From Acidobacteriota bacterium (GTDB taxonomy: Bacteria > Acidobacteriota > UBA6911 > RPQK01 > JAJDTT01): 64,000 nucleotides of DNA. Every line of letters starts with the position of its first letter. The first letter of the stretch is position 1. Location of the stretch: NCBI GenBank assembly GCA_965209055.1, contig OZ242374.1, positions 2,400,001 through 2,464,000 of the forward strand, written 5' to 3'. Below, piece by piece: positions 1 to 9,095 of the stretch. Position numbers and translations under genes: made by a program. The notes beneath the pieces are model-generated. The model was not told where the DNA came from. It searched no databases and saw nothing but the letters and a program-made list of their open reading frames with translations.

Positions 1-535
1 TGGGCCGCGCACCGCCCATGGAGGTTCCTCCGAGCAGGAGTTCATGCGCCTGGGATGCGAGGGAACCGCCGGGTCCGGGATTTCCGGACATCACCGCATC
101 GGCGGCCGTTTGGAGCCGTCCCAGGTCGAGGGTGGCGTTGAACGTCCGGCGGGGCGAACGTGGCTCCAAGTCCTGGCCGAAACCGAGCGCACCGGCGCGG
201 TCGTCCGGTCCTTCCGTCAGATAGTCGAATTCTTCGAGGCGGGCATGCCCGGAGTGTTTTTCCATGAGTAGGCGCCCCCAGTAATCCGGCATGGAATCGC
301 GAATGGCGCCAAAGAAACCTTTCATGCGGCCGGTTTCGTACAGGCGGTCGGCAAGTCGAAGTTCGACGGGATCGAATTCCACGGCGTCAGGCCGCTCAAG
401 GTAGCGGCGGCCGTAGACGAACTCACCGAGCGGGGAGCCTTGGCGCGTTTCGGAGACGCGGAAACGGCCGGCGGTCACGAACTCCGTCTCTCCCGGCAGG
501 ACGATATAGACGTAACACTCGCGCTCAGAAGTCAT
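1..535 (-). CDS. HipA-family kinase toxin, 5' part (continues beyond the window edge; not in ORF track)
   Basis: Manual translation from ATG at 535 gives MTSERECYVYIVLPGETEFVTAGRF...GFFGAIRDSMPDYWGR...DDRAGALGF...GGTSMGGARP, containing the HipA N-terminal PDxWGR motif and the Gly-rich SxGGARPK loop; overlaps the upstream HTH gene. Confidence 0.85.
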   Translation of the reverse strand, partial: MTSERECYVYIVLPGETEFVTAGRFRVSETRQGSPLGEFVYGRRYLERPDAVEFDPVELRLADRLYETGRMKGFFGAIRDSMPDYWGRLLMEKHSGHARLEEFDYLTEGPDDRAGALGFGQDLEPRSPRRTFNATLDLGRLQTAADAVMSGNPGPGGSLASQAHELLLGGTSMGGARP

Positions 536-866
536 TATCAAGACGGCGGCGGCGGGAGGCTCGCCTTGGGCTCCTGGCGCTCTCCAGGACCTTGCCTTCC
601 TCGTCGCGGTCAGGGTCGGCGAGGTTGTCTGCCTGGTTCAATAGACCCAACGCCCACAGCGCTCCGAAGTACGCGGCAGCCGAGGCGCCGGGCTTGCCTT
701 TTTCGAGATCGGCAACCGTGAAGCGGGAGGCGCCGATGCGATCGGCCACGTCCTGGATGCGCAGTCTCCGTCGCAAACGGGCCGTGCGGAGATTGCGGCC
801 GAGCTGCCTGAGCGCGTTTTCGACGGCGGCCGGTGGAGACTCAGTGATCCGGCTTCGGTTTCCCAT
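525..866 (-). CDS. XRE/HTH protein, probable HipB-like antitoxin
   Basis: LGRNLRTARLRRRL...DVADRIGASRFTVADLEKG Cro/C1-type HTH; directly upstream of and overlapping the HipA-like gene. Confidence 0.85.
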   Translation of the reverse strand: MGNRSRITESPPAAVENALRQLGRNLRTARLRRRLRIQDVADRIGASRFTVADLEKGKPGASAAAYFGALWALGLLNQADNLADPDRDEEGKVLESARSPRRASRRRRLDNDF

Positions 867-883
867 GGTTCATTAAATAGACC

Positions 884-939
884 TATGTCGACATATTGTG
901 GAGTTAATTCAACATATTGGGTCGAGAGGGATGCGTCAA
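884..939 (-). promoter_or_regulatory. sigma70-type promoter and probable operator of the hipBA-like pair
   Basis: Minus strand TTGACG (939-934), 17 nt, TATGTT (916-911); perfect palindrome TATGTCGACATA at 884-895; repeated ACATATTG unit. Confidence 0.6.
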
Positions 940-1016
940 GCCGGGACTCAAAGGTCGCTGAAACGGAGGCTGAACGTACCGGGCGCGTCGCCAACTCCGG
1001 GCACGGTCGCGAGATT

Positions 1017-2471
1017 CTAGCGGAACCGAATGGAGTAGAGGTCCGCGTCCTTCATCACGAACCGCAGTTTCACGGGCTTTCCGGCGATCCGCCTCAGAGG
1101 GTTGTCCGAAGTCGTGGCGGCCAGGTCCCGTTCCCAGCGGACGGCGTACTCGATCTCGTCTCCCCAGATCAGGGGAGACTCCTCCAAGCCGAAGCTGGGA
1201 AGGGCCTGTCCCTGGGCGTCCTGGATCTCCACGTGAATGTTTCCGGCAGCCGAGGTGGCGAAGTTCAGCACCAGGTTGGAGCCTTCGAAGACCAGGGGCC
1301 TGGTCACGAACTCGCCGCCCCCATGACCCGCGTGCATGGAGACGAAACCGTCGGTGCGCAGCACCATCCGCTCCAGGTAGATGCTGGGGGCCTTGTAGTT
1401 GCGAAGCATGTAGAGGGAGAGTTCGTCGGGAGCGGTGGCCACCGTCCCCGCGGCCAGGAGGTTGTTCCGGTTGAGCCAGTCCCTGGGGTCCCGGCCAGGC
1501 CGGACGAATGCTTCCAGGAAACGGTGCCAGTGATAGCCGTCCCGGCTGGACATGAGCACCGCATCCGAAATACCCGGCCGGGGAGAGTCGGGGTAATGGT
1601 TGCGCCAGGGATGAAAACGCTTGGGGAACCCCAGGAAGATATGGGGAGCCCGGATGTACGGGGCCGTGCCGTTGGTGTAGAGATGCTCCAGCGGCGCGTT
1701 CCCGAAATCGCCCCATTCTCCGGGGGTCCAGTTCAGGAAATCGTCGGACTCGGCGATCTTGATGGTGCGGACGCCTTCGGTAAAGTCGCGGTAGATGGCC
1801 AGATAACGGCCCCGCACGTGATCCCAGACCGGGATGTTCAGGGAATCGAAGGCTCCGTCGCTGATGACCGGCTCTTCCTGCATCTTCTCCCAACGGAAAC
1901 CGTCCGCCGACTTGAGAGCCAGCAGGGGCCCGCCGCACAGGGCCTTGAAGCGTTCCGATTCCGGGACTCCCGGTTTGGGGTCGAGCATGGGGGCGAGGTT
2001 GTGAGTGCCCCTGCCGGTCCAGACGATGTTGTTGTCGCGGGAGCCGTTGAACTCGTGGATGCCGACGGAGGGGCGTTCCCAACGAATTCCGTCGGAACTC
2101 ACCAGGACACACCCGAACTCGGGATGTTTCGGGATCACTTCCTCACCCGCTTCCAGCATCGAAGGAGGCGTCGCCGTGGGGTCGCTGCTGCCCCGGTAAT
2201 ACATGAGATAGCGGTCGCCGTCCTGGAACACGGTCGTGTAGAAGCAGGTGTTGCCCTCCCAGGGCTTGTTGAGCTCCAGAAACTTGCCCGCCGAAACGGG
2301 AGCATGAAGGCGCTTCGTCAACCCCTTCGTCCGTTCGATCAGGAAGTCGTCGACGAACAGTTCCAGCCGGGACCCCAACTGCAATGGTTTGTGGCCCTCC
2401 GCCTCCAGCGGCGCTGTTGCGTTGCCGACGATCAGGCCGATCAGGGACAAGAGAGTGAAAACTCGCACCAC
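1017..2471 (-). CDS. Exported beta-propeller glycoside-hydrolase-like protein
   Basis: N-terminal signal peptide; ELFVDDFLI, SSDGIRWERP, SADGFRW and SRDGYHW repeats; C-terminal beta-sandwich (LRFVMKDADLYS). Confidence 0.6.
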   Translation of the reverse strand: MVRVFTLLSLIGLIVGNATAPLEAEGHKPLQLGSRLELFVDDFLIERTKGLTKRLHAPVSAGKFLELNKPWEGNTCFYTTVFQDGDRYLMYYRGSSDPTATPPSMLEAGEEVIPKHPEFGCVLVSSDGIRWERPSVGIHEFNGSRDNNIVWTGRGTHNLAPMLDPKPGVPESERFKALCGGPLLALKSADGFRWEKMQEEPVISDGAFDSLNIPVWDHVRGRYLAIYRDFTEGVRTIKIAESDDFLNWTPGEWGDFGNAPLEHLYTNGTAPYIRAPHIFLGFPKRFHPWRNHYPDSPRPGISDAVLMSSRDGYHWHRFLEAFVRPGRDPRDWLNRNNLLAAGTVATAPDELSLYMLRNYKAPSIYLERMVLRTDGFVSMHAGHGGGEFVTRPLVFEGSNLVLNFATSAAGNIHVEIQDAQGQALPSFGLEESPLIWGDEIEYAVRWERDLAATTSDNPLRRIAGKPVKLRFVMKDADLYSIRFR

Positions 2472-2541
2472 GTGGCACCTCCTTGGATCTTCCGGAGCAT
2501 AGCAAAGGGCCGGATTCCGGTAAATCGCGGTTGGAAAACCG

Positions 2542-3369
2542 TTAGCTGCGATTCGGAGAGTGCTGGTCCCGCCGCGTGGGAATTGGATTGGACTTCAGCT
2601 CCAGGGTCAGGTCGACCAGGCCCTGCACGGCCGCTTCCAGGAACTGCTCTCCCTTCTCCCGCGTCGCCAGCGTGGCGTCTCCCATGACCCCGCTGGCCGT
2701 GAGGGCGCTCCAATAAGGCATCAGATTGGCGGAGGCGCTGCCGGCGATGCCGCCCGACAGCAGGTCGAACCGAAAGCTCGACGACATGGGCGAGCGCTCG
2801 TCGACTGCCTTCTCCATCTGCACCAGCTCGGGCTTGAGCGCCAGATAGAGAGAGGTCTCGAACTCACCGGCGTGGGAAGTTCCGCCGAAGTCCGACTCCC
2901 TGATTTCCCGGCCCACTTCCTTGACCTTGCCCAGGCCCCAGTGATTCACCGAAGCGCAAAGGATGCGGCCTTCGTGCTCCAGGATGGTGAGCCGGGCCGC
3001 CAAGTCCAGGGGAGAGGTGTTGGATCCGTGGCCGTTGACGACGAGGATTCTCCGGAATCCGTGGTGAGCCAGGCTGCTGCAGACGTTCTTCACGTAGCGG
3101 ATGAAGACGTCCCAATCGATGGTCAGGGTCCCGTGAAAATCCATGTGGTGGGGGCTGTAGCCGTGGGTGACGGCGGGCGCCAAAACCGCCTCCTCGGGGA
3201 TTCTGGCCACGGCCCGCTCGCAGATCTCGGTGCAGAGTCGAACGTCCACGTCCACCGGGAGGTGGGGGCCATGGTCCTCATAGGTCGCCACCGGCAGGAC
3301 CGCAACCCGGTCGCAGTCGGCCGCTTCCTTGATCTCATACCAGATCATCTCGGCAAATCGATATTTCAT
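2542..3369 (-). CDS. Creatininase family amidohydrolase
   Basis: LPVATYEDHGPHLP, NGHGSN and HAGEFETS motifs; start placed at MKYRFAEM after a GGAGG RBS. Confidence 0.85.
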   Translation of the reverse strand: MKYRFAEMIWYEIKEAADCDRVAVLPVATYEDHGPHLPVDVDVRLCTEICERAVARIPEEAVLAPAVTHGYSPHHMDFHGTLTIDWDVFIRYVKNVCSSLAHHGFRRILVVNGHGSNTSPLDLAARLTILEHEGRILCASVNHWGLGKVKEVGREIRESDFGGTSHAGEFETSLYLALKPELVQMEKAVDERSPMSSSFRFDLLSGGIAGSASANLMPYWSALTASGVMGDATLATREKGEQFLEAAVQGLVDLTLELKSNPIPTRRDQHSPNRS

Positions 3370-3491
3370 CTCGTCCTCCTTCCGATTCAGATGCCCAATA
3401 CCGGATTCCACCACCGGACAGGACTCGGTATCAAGAGTCGTTTCTTCACCGTCGTAGTAGACTGGGTGCGAACGAACAGTGGAGGATCCCC

Positions 3492-4541
3492 ATGACCAAC
3501 TCGAGCGCCCGGCTTCCGTTCTTCTCCTTGTTTCCCCTGGCCATGTTCGGATGCGCCTCGGAGGAGCGGGCCCCCCGGACCGAGCCTGGAATCGTCCAGG
3601 CCAGCGCACCCGCGCCGGCTGCGGCCGCGGATGTGAAACCTCTTCCCAACAAGACCCGGTCCGGACCCATCGTCTACACCAAGATCGGCATCGTCACCAT
3701 GGACGCCAAGCCCTGGGAATTGGAATACAACTACGGGCGCCTCGAGTCGTACGTCCGGGAGGCCGCCCGCAGGGGAGCGGAAGTGGTGGTGGCGCCCGAG
3801 GCGGTCCTGGACGGCTACGTCTGCTACGCCGCTCCCGACGTGACGCGGGAGCGGATGATGGAGGTGGCCCAGAGCGTGCCCGACGGGCCGTACATCGTGC
3901 GGGCGCGGCGGCTCTCCCGGGAGCTGGGAATCTACCTGGTCTTCGGGTTCCTGGAACGGTCGGGGCAGGAGATGTTCAACAGCCTGGTCATGACCGATCC
4001 CCAAGGGGAAATCCTGGCCAAATACAGCAAGGTCCACGTGGGGGGCGAGTCCTACATCACGCCGGGACGTGAGTTGAAGCCGTTCGATACGCCGCTGGGA
4101 CGAATCGGCTTCCTCATCTGCATGGACCGCACGGTTCCCGAGAACATCCGGACCCTGGGAGTCCAGGGAGTCGAAACGGTCTTTCTCCCCATGGACGGAG
4201 GGGGAGGACCCGAAAACACCAAGAGAATGGCCCGGTACGCCCGTGAGAACGGTTGCTGGATCATCATCGCCAACACCTGGAGCGCGGCCATCATCAGTCC
4301 CCGCGGCGACGTGCGCCTGGAGAAGTACGAGAACGAGATGGTGAGCATCGGCCGGGTGACCCCATGGGAGGTCCCCCGGGGACTGGACCGGGGCTCCATG
4401 ATCAAACGCCGGCCCGATCTGTACGGGCCCCTCCTGAAGTCGTGCGAACCGGTGCGCTGGTATGACGACGAGGGTTATCCCACGGCCTGGGCCGAGGCGC
4501 AGAGGGCCAAGCACCGCCAGGACATCAGCACCTCCAAGTAA
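3492..4541 (+). CDS. Carbon-nitrogen hydrolase (nitrilase superfamily), probable lipoprotein
   Basis: Glu-Lys-Cys triad in APEAVL, YSKVH and LICMD; lipobox-like MFGC followed by a Pro/Ala linker. Confidence 0.8.
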   Translation: MTNSSARLPFFSLFPLAMFGCASEERAPRTEPGIVQASAPAPAAAADVKPLPNKTRSGPIVYTKIGIVTMDAKPWELEYNYGRLESYVREAARRGAEVVVAPEAVLDGYVCYAAPDVTRERMMEVAQSVPDGPYIVRARRLSRELGIYLVFGFLERSGQEMFNSLVMTDPQGEILAKYSKVHVGGESYITPGRELKPFDTPLGRIGFLICMDRTVPENIRTLGVQGVETVFLPMDGGGGPENTKRMARYARENGCWIIIANTWSAAIISPRGDVRLEKYENEMVSIGRVTPWEVPRGLDRGSMIKRRPDLYGPLLKSCEPVRWYDDEGYPTAWAEAQRAKHRQDISTSK

Positions 4542-4545
4542 GCCG

Positions 4546-5952
4546 GTGCCGACTCCGTCCGCGAAAGATCACGAACCTTCCGCGCCGAGCCTGCGCCGGG
4601 CCCTGGGACCGGGCATGGCCCTGGCCATCGTGGTGGGAAACGTCATCGGTTCGGGAATCTTCCTGAAACCGGGAAGCATCGCCGCCGAAGCCGGTGACTT
4701 CCGCCTGATCCTGTCGGCCTGGCTTGTGGGCGGGGCCGTCTGTGTCCTGGGCGCCCTCTGCTTTTCGGAGCTGGCCGCCATGCTGCCCCGCGCCGGGGGC
4801 CTGTACGCCTTTCTCAAGGAGGCCTACGGAAAACCCGCCGGCTTCCTCTTCAGTTGGAACGAGTTTCTCTTCAACCGCCCCGCCAGCATCGGCGCCCTGT
4901 CGGTGGCCTTCGCGGGCGCTCTCGGCCTCACCATGGGCAGGACCCTGACTCAACTGGAGACCATCGTCCTTGCCCTGGGCCTCATCCTGCTTCTGACCTG
5001 GGTCAACATCCGGGGCGTCCTCTGGGGAGGATGGGTGCAGGGGGGCACGACTCTGGTCAAGGCCTCGTTCCTGGGCCTGGTGGCGCTGCTGCCGTTCCTC
5101 ATGACCCCGATCACCGAGACCGGGATCGACTGGGCCAACTACAGCTCCAGAGTGGAGCCCTCAGGCGACATGGCGGGTGGGACCCGCTTCGGCCTGGTGC
5201 TGCTCTCGGTCATGTGGGCCTACAACGGCTGGCACGGAATCACGCCGGTGGCCGAGGAGGTCCGGGACCCGGAACGCAACATTCCCAGGGCCATGATCGG
5301 CGGCGTCGGTGTGCTGATCGTGCTTTACGTCTCGGCCAATATCGCCTATCACGGGGTGCTCTCGATGGACGAGATGGCCGCGGCGGGACCCCACGCGGCC
5401 GAGACCATGGTGGCGGCCCTGCTGGGGCCGTTCGGTGCCGCGGCCATGGCGGCTGTCGTCATGTGCAGCACCTTCGGCGGGATCAACAGCAACCTGCTTC
5501 TGTCCACGCGGGTCCCGTTCGCCCTGGGCCGGGATCGCCTCCTGGCCCCCGTCTTGGGAACGGTCCACGCCGCCTACCGGACTCCCTTCGTCGCCATCAT
5601 CGTGCAGGCTGGTATGGCGTCGCTCCTGGTGATCGTCTCCGGCCTGCTCATCGAATTCCTGGGCTGGACGGGAGAGAAGACCATCTTCCAGATCCTCACC
5701 GACTTCATCATCTTCGCCAACAGTATCTTCTACGTCCTGGCTGCGGCCGCGCTCTTCGTCCTGCGCCGAAAGCGGCCCAACTGGAACCGGCCCTACCGAA
5801 CCTGGGGATATCCCGTCGTTCCGGTGCTCTATCTTTGCTTCTACTTCTGGTTCCTGACCCAGGTGTATCTGGGAAAGCCTTTCGAGGCCAGCGCGGGCGT
5901 CGTCCTCATCAGCACCGGGATTCCTGTCTACTGGATCTTGCGCCGCCGCTGA
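4546..5952 (+). CDS. APC-family amino acid permease
   Basis: VGNVIGSGIF, AELAAMLPRAGG, WAYNGW and RPYRTWGYP motifs; about 12 hydrophobic segments; start codon uncertain. Confidence 0.9.
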   Translation: MPTPSAKDHEPSAPSLRRALGPGMALAIVVGNVIGSGIFLKPGSIAAEAGDFRLILSAWLVGGAVCVLGALCFSELAAMLPRAGGLYAFLKEAYGKPAGFLFSWNEFLFNRPASIGALSVAFAGALGLTMGRTLTQLETIVLALGLILLLTWVNIRGVLWGGWVQGGTTLVKASFLGLVALLPFLMTPITETGIDWANYSSRVEPSGDMAGGTRFGLVLLSVMWAYNGWHGITPVAEEVRDPERNIPRAMIGGVGVLIVLYVSANIAYHGVLSMDEMAAAGPHAAETMVAALLGPFGAAAMAAVVMCSTFGGINSNLLLSTRVPFALGRDRLLAPVLGTVHAAYRTPFVAIIVQAGMASLLVIVSGLLIEFLGWTGEKTIFQILTDFIIFANSIFYVLAAAALFVLRRKRPNWNRPYRTWGYPVVPVLYLCFYFWFLTQVYLGKPFEASAGVVLISTGIPVYWILRRR

Positions 5953-5985
5953 TTTGAGCGGAATTCCCGTCAGCGTGGTGGCATG

Positions 5986-6801
5986 TCACGATTCGACCCA
6001 GTGACGAAAGAGGGGCTTCACGTTCTCCGGCAAGCTGTCGTAGACGTGCTGGGGCACGGGAACGACGACGTTGTCCATGATCCCGGTCTCGTCCACCATC
6101 CGGGTTCGTTCCACGGAGCCCGGCATCAGGATGTCGAGGTTCAACCACCAGGGAGCGAACCGCACGGCCATGCCCACTCGCGCCCTGTCGCTCACGTTGT
6201 GGGAGATGGCGTGCCAGAGCCGGCTGTCGAAAAGCAGGACGCTGCCCGCGTCGCCGGTGGCCCGGATCTCGCTGGGGAAGGTCGCCATGGGGTCGACCCC
6301 GATGTCGCCGGTGGGGTTGTTGGGGTGGCGGTGGCTGCCCGGCACGATGATGGTGGCTCCCGTCTCCTCGGTGAAGGGAGAGAGCATCCAGAGCGTGGTC
6401 AGGTGCTGCACCGCGTCGGGGTAGGGCGCTGGGATGTGCCCCGCGTTGAGTTGATTGAAGGGCCAGTCGGCGTGGAGCTTCCCCCTTTGGTTTCCCGGAT
6501 AGCTGATGTGGGCGGTGGTGAAGGAGATCCGGTAGTGGGGTCCGAAGAGGGACTCGGCCACCCCCAGGAGGCGCGGGTCGGCCAGGTAGGGCGCGAACGA
6601 CTGGTCGAAGGCCAGAAGTCCTTTTCGGCTGCCCAGTCCCTGGATGTCCTCTCCGGTCCCGTGATTGGCCACCGTCTGCTCCACGTGTCGGCAGATCCCT
6701 CCGACCCGGTCCGCGGGAATGACGTCCTCCAAGACGTAAAAGCCCTGCAGATCCAGGTGCATGAGCGCCTGCCGGACGATTTGTTCCGTCTCTTGTGTCA
6801 T
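5986..6801 (-). CDS. Phytanoyl-CoA dioxygenase (PhyH) family protein
   Basis: LHADWP (HxD), GATIIVPGSH, AGSVLLFDSRLWHA and terminal Arg motifs. Confidence 0.85.
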   Translation of the reverse strand: MTQETEQIVRQALMHLDLQGFYVLEDVIPADRVGGICRHVEQTVANHGTGEDIQGLGSRKGLLAFDQSFAPYLADPRLLGVAESLFGPHYRISFTTAHISYPGNQRGKLHADWPFNQLNAGHIPAPYPDAVQHLTTLWMLSPFTEETGATIIVPGSHRHPNNPTGDIGVDPMATFPSEIRATGDAGSVLLFDSRLWHAISHNVSDRARVGMAVRFAPWWLNLDILMPGSVERTRMVDETGIMDNVVVPVPQHVYDSLPENVKPLFRHWVES

Positions 6802-7862
6802 AGCGATTCGTCCTCATGGTTTTCCAGGTCCAGGCCCAGATCGTCGGCCACGGCCAGAACCTCGCGCCAGGTGGCCTGTGGAAGGACAATGCCTTCCCGT
6901 CTCCGCCTTCGCCGCTCCCTGGCTTCCCGCTCGCCCGGAATCCGGATCTCGTCGAATCCGGGAGCCCTGGGGGACGCCTTGATTCGTTCCAGGAACCCCT
7001 GCATTTGGGCGTGAAATTTCTCCGGGCGGGCGAAGCTGGCCACGTTGATGACGTTGAGAAAGACGGCGTTCCCTCCCCGGATCCGGTCCCAGTCGGTGCA
7101 GCCGGCGCCGCTCAGGGCTCCGGCCAGCGCCTCCACCGCGAGCCCGAGGCCGAAGCCCTTGTATCCCGCCGGCCCCCCCAGGGGAAGCAGGGAACCGGGA
7201 GGGTCTTCCAGGATCACGCCCGGATCGTTGGTGGGGCGCCCGCGGCTGTCGATGAGCCAGCCGTCGGGAACCGGTTCCCCCAGATTATGCGCCAGAGCCA
7301 CCTTTCCGCCGGCGGCGACGGTGGTGGTCATGTCCAGGATCAGCGGTGTCCCGCCGGTGGGCACGCCGACCCCCATGGGATTGGTGGAGAGGCGGGGATC
7401 GATCCCGCCGAAGGCTGCGGCCAATCCGCGCTGACCGTGGGCGTTGGCCATCATGATGGCCGCCATGCCCTCGCCGGTGACCATTCTCAGGTAGTCGCTG
7501 AGGCGGCCCAGGTGGTTGCAGTGGCGCACGCTGACCACGCAGGTGCCGGCTTTCCGAGCCTTCCGGATGCCTCGGAGCGTGGCCTCCCGGACCACCACGT
7601 GTCCGAAGCCCCAGTTTCCGTCCAATACGAGAGTGGAACCGGTCTCCCGAATCACCTCCACCTGCGCCCCGGGGACGATCTCTCCATTGGAGATCTTGTT
7701 CACGTAGCCCAATAGCGAAAGTGTGCCGTGAGAATCGTGGCCCGACAGGTGGGCGTCGATCCCCAGCGAGGCAACGGTCTCGGCCTCAGCCGGTGTCGCC
7801 CCCGCCGCCACCAGGATGCGTTGCAGGATTCGGCTCAGAGCTTCAGGTTGAAATCCAGGCAC
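6798..7862 (-). CDS. Ldh_2-family oxidoreductase (malate/lactate/ureidoglycolate dehydrogenase-like)
   Basis: GHDSHG, LDGNWGFG, NHLGRL, STNPMG, LDMTTT, GYKGFGL and RIPGERE motifs. Confidence 0.9.
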   Translation of the reverse strand: MPGFQPEALSRILQRILVAAGATPAEAETVASLGIDAHLSGHDSHGTLSLLGYVNKISNGEIVPGAQVEVIRETGSTLVLDGNWGFGHVVVREATLRGIRKARKAGTCVVSVRHCNHLGRLSDYLRMVTGEGMAAIMMANAHGQRGLAAAFGGIDPRLSTNPMGVGVPTGGTPLILDMTTTVAAGGKVALAHNLGEPVPDGWLIDSRGRPTNDPGVILEDPPGSLLPLGGPAGYKGFGLGLAVEALAGALSGAGCTDWDRIRGGNAVFLNVINVASFARPEKFHAQMQGFLERIKASPRAPGFDEIRIPGEREARERRRRRREGIVLPQATWREVLAVADDLGLDLENHEDESL

Positions 7863-7905
7863 CTGATCCCCCTCCGACAGGGTCCACCGGCGGGCCGAAA
7901 TCTAA

Positions 7906-9095
7906 GGAAGGTCTGATTAAGTCCTCATATGGGGCGAAACAGACCTTGTATCCCTCCCTTTTTCGGATCCAGACGCTCTAACCTGGGATTTGCAACCCTG
8001 AATTGGTCTTGACCAAGCGATTGCGAGACGGTTTCCCCAGCCTCAAACACAGCCGTGCCGCATTCCGATCAGGCGGTCACACCGGAGCGCTCGGCGATCA
8101 TCAGATTGGCGAATCCCACCAGCAGATAGATCCGTTGGGTGTTTTTCGCCAGCCCGCGGTAGCGCACCTTGGCGTAGCCGAAATGCCGTTTCAGGTACCC
8201 GAACACATGTTCTGCCTTCGCCCGTACCGATGCCTTACGCCGCTCGGCCAACGCCGCCTCACTCTCCGGCGACAGCTGCCAACGCTTCCCGGGCTTCATC
8301 ATCACCTGCCAATCCACCGGCCGATCTCGATTCTCCGACCGCTTCTGCACTCCCTGGTATCCGGAATCCCCCCAAACTTGCGACTCCGAGCCGTGCAGCA
8401 ATTCGGAGGCCCGCGTCACGTCATGCTCGTTGGCCGGAGCCGTCACCACCGTGTGCGCCACCCCCGTCTGGGCGTCCACCCCCAGGTGGGCCTTCATTCC
8501 GAAATACCACTGTTTTCCCTTTTTCGTCTGGTGCATCTCCGGATCCCGCGCCCGATCCTTGTTTTTCGTCGAGGAAGGCGCCGCCAGGATACTCGCGTCC
8601 ACGATCGTCCCCCGGCTCAGCCGCAGGCCTTGACGCTGCAGGTGAGAACCGATCTCCTCGAACAGCGCCTCCCCCAGACCATGCTCCTCCAGCCGATGAC
8701 GGAACTTCAGAATCGTCGTCTCGTCCGGCAGCGGCCCTGTGAGCTTCAGACCCACGAACCGCCGCACCGACTCCACCTCGTAAAGCAGATCCTCCATCCC
8801 CGGATCGCTCAGGTTGTAAAACAACTGCACGCAGTGGATCCGCAGCATCGCCGAGAGCGGGTAGGGACGCCGGCCCCGTCCCGCTTTCGGGTAAAACGGC
8901 TCAATCCGGGCTTCCAACTGCTCCCACGGAATCAACCCGTCCATGCGGACCAGAAACTTCTCCCGACGGGTCACCCGCTTCTTGGCGTCGTATTCCAGAT
9001 CTGCGAACGTCCGTTGCGACATCGTCTTTCCCCCCACGCAGTGATGATGAAGGGATTATCGTGCAGAACGCTGACTCGACTTAATCAGACCTTCC
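7906..9095 (-). mobile_element. Complete IS5-family insertion sequence (1190 bp)
   Basis: Perfect 18-bp TIRs GGAAGGTCTGATTAAGTC (7906-7923) and GACTTAATCAGACCTTCC (9078-9095); CTAA duplication at 7902-7905 and 9096-9099 matching the IS5 YTAR target. Confidence 0.95.
8069..9022 (-). CDS. IS5-family DDE transposase
   Basis: TRREKFL, GRRPYPL, PDETTILKFR, IVDASI, WYFGMKAH, WGDSGY and RAKAEHVF; reading frame intact. Confidence 0.95.
   Translation of the reverse strand: MSQRTFADLEYDAKKRVTRREKFLVRMDGLIPWEQLEARIEPFYPKAGRGRRPYPLSAMLRIHCVQLFYNLSDPGMEDLLYEVESVRRFVGLKLTGPLPDETTILKFRHRLEEHGLGEALFEEIGSHLQRQGLRLSRGTIVDASILAAPSSTKNKDRARDPEMHQTKKGKQWYFGMKAHLGVDAQTGVAHTVVTAPANEHDVTRASELLHGSESQVWGDSGYQGVQKRSENRDRPVDWQVMMKPGKRWQLSPESEAALAERRKASVRAKAEHVFGYLKRHFGYAKVRYRGLAKNTQRIYLLVGFANLMIAERSGVTA

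Noticed and set aside
885-2687. Long alternative ORFs in the track (e.g. 885-2687 +, 9675-11840 +, 21882-23336 +, 37228-38694 -, 47680-49443 +)
   Set aside because: They are antisense or off-frame shadows of genes with clear family motifs, as expected in high-GC DNA, and have no recognisable motifs of their own
2542-3369. Creatininase as the mycofactocin peptidase MftE
   Set aside because: No radical SAM, precursor peptide or other mft genes nearby
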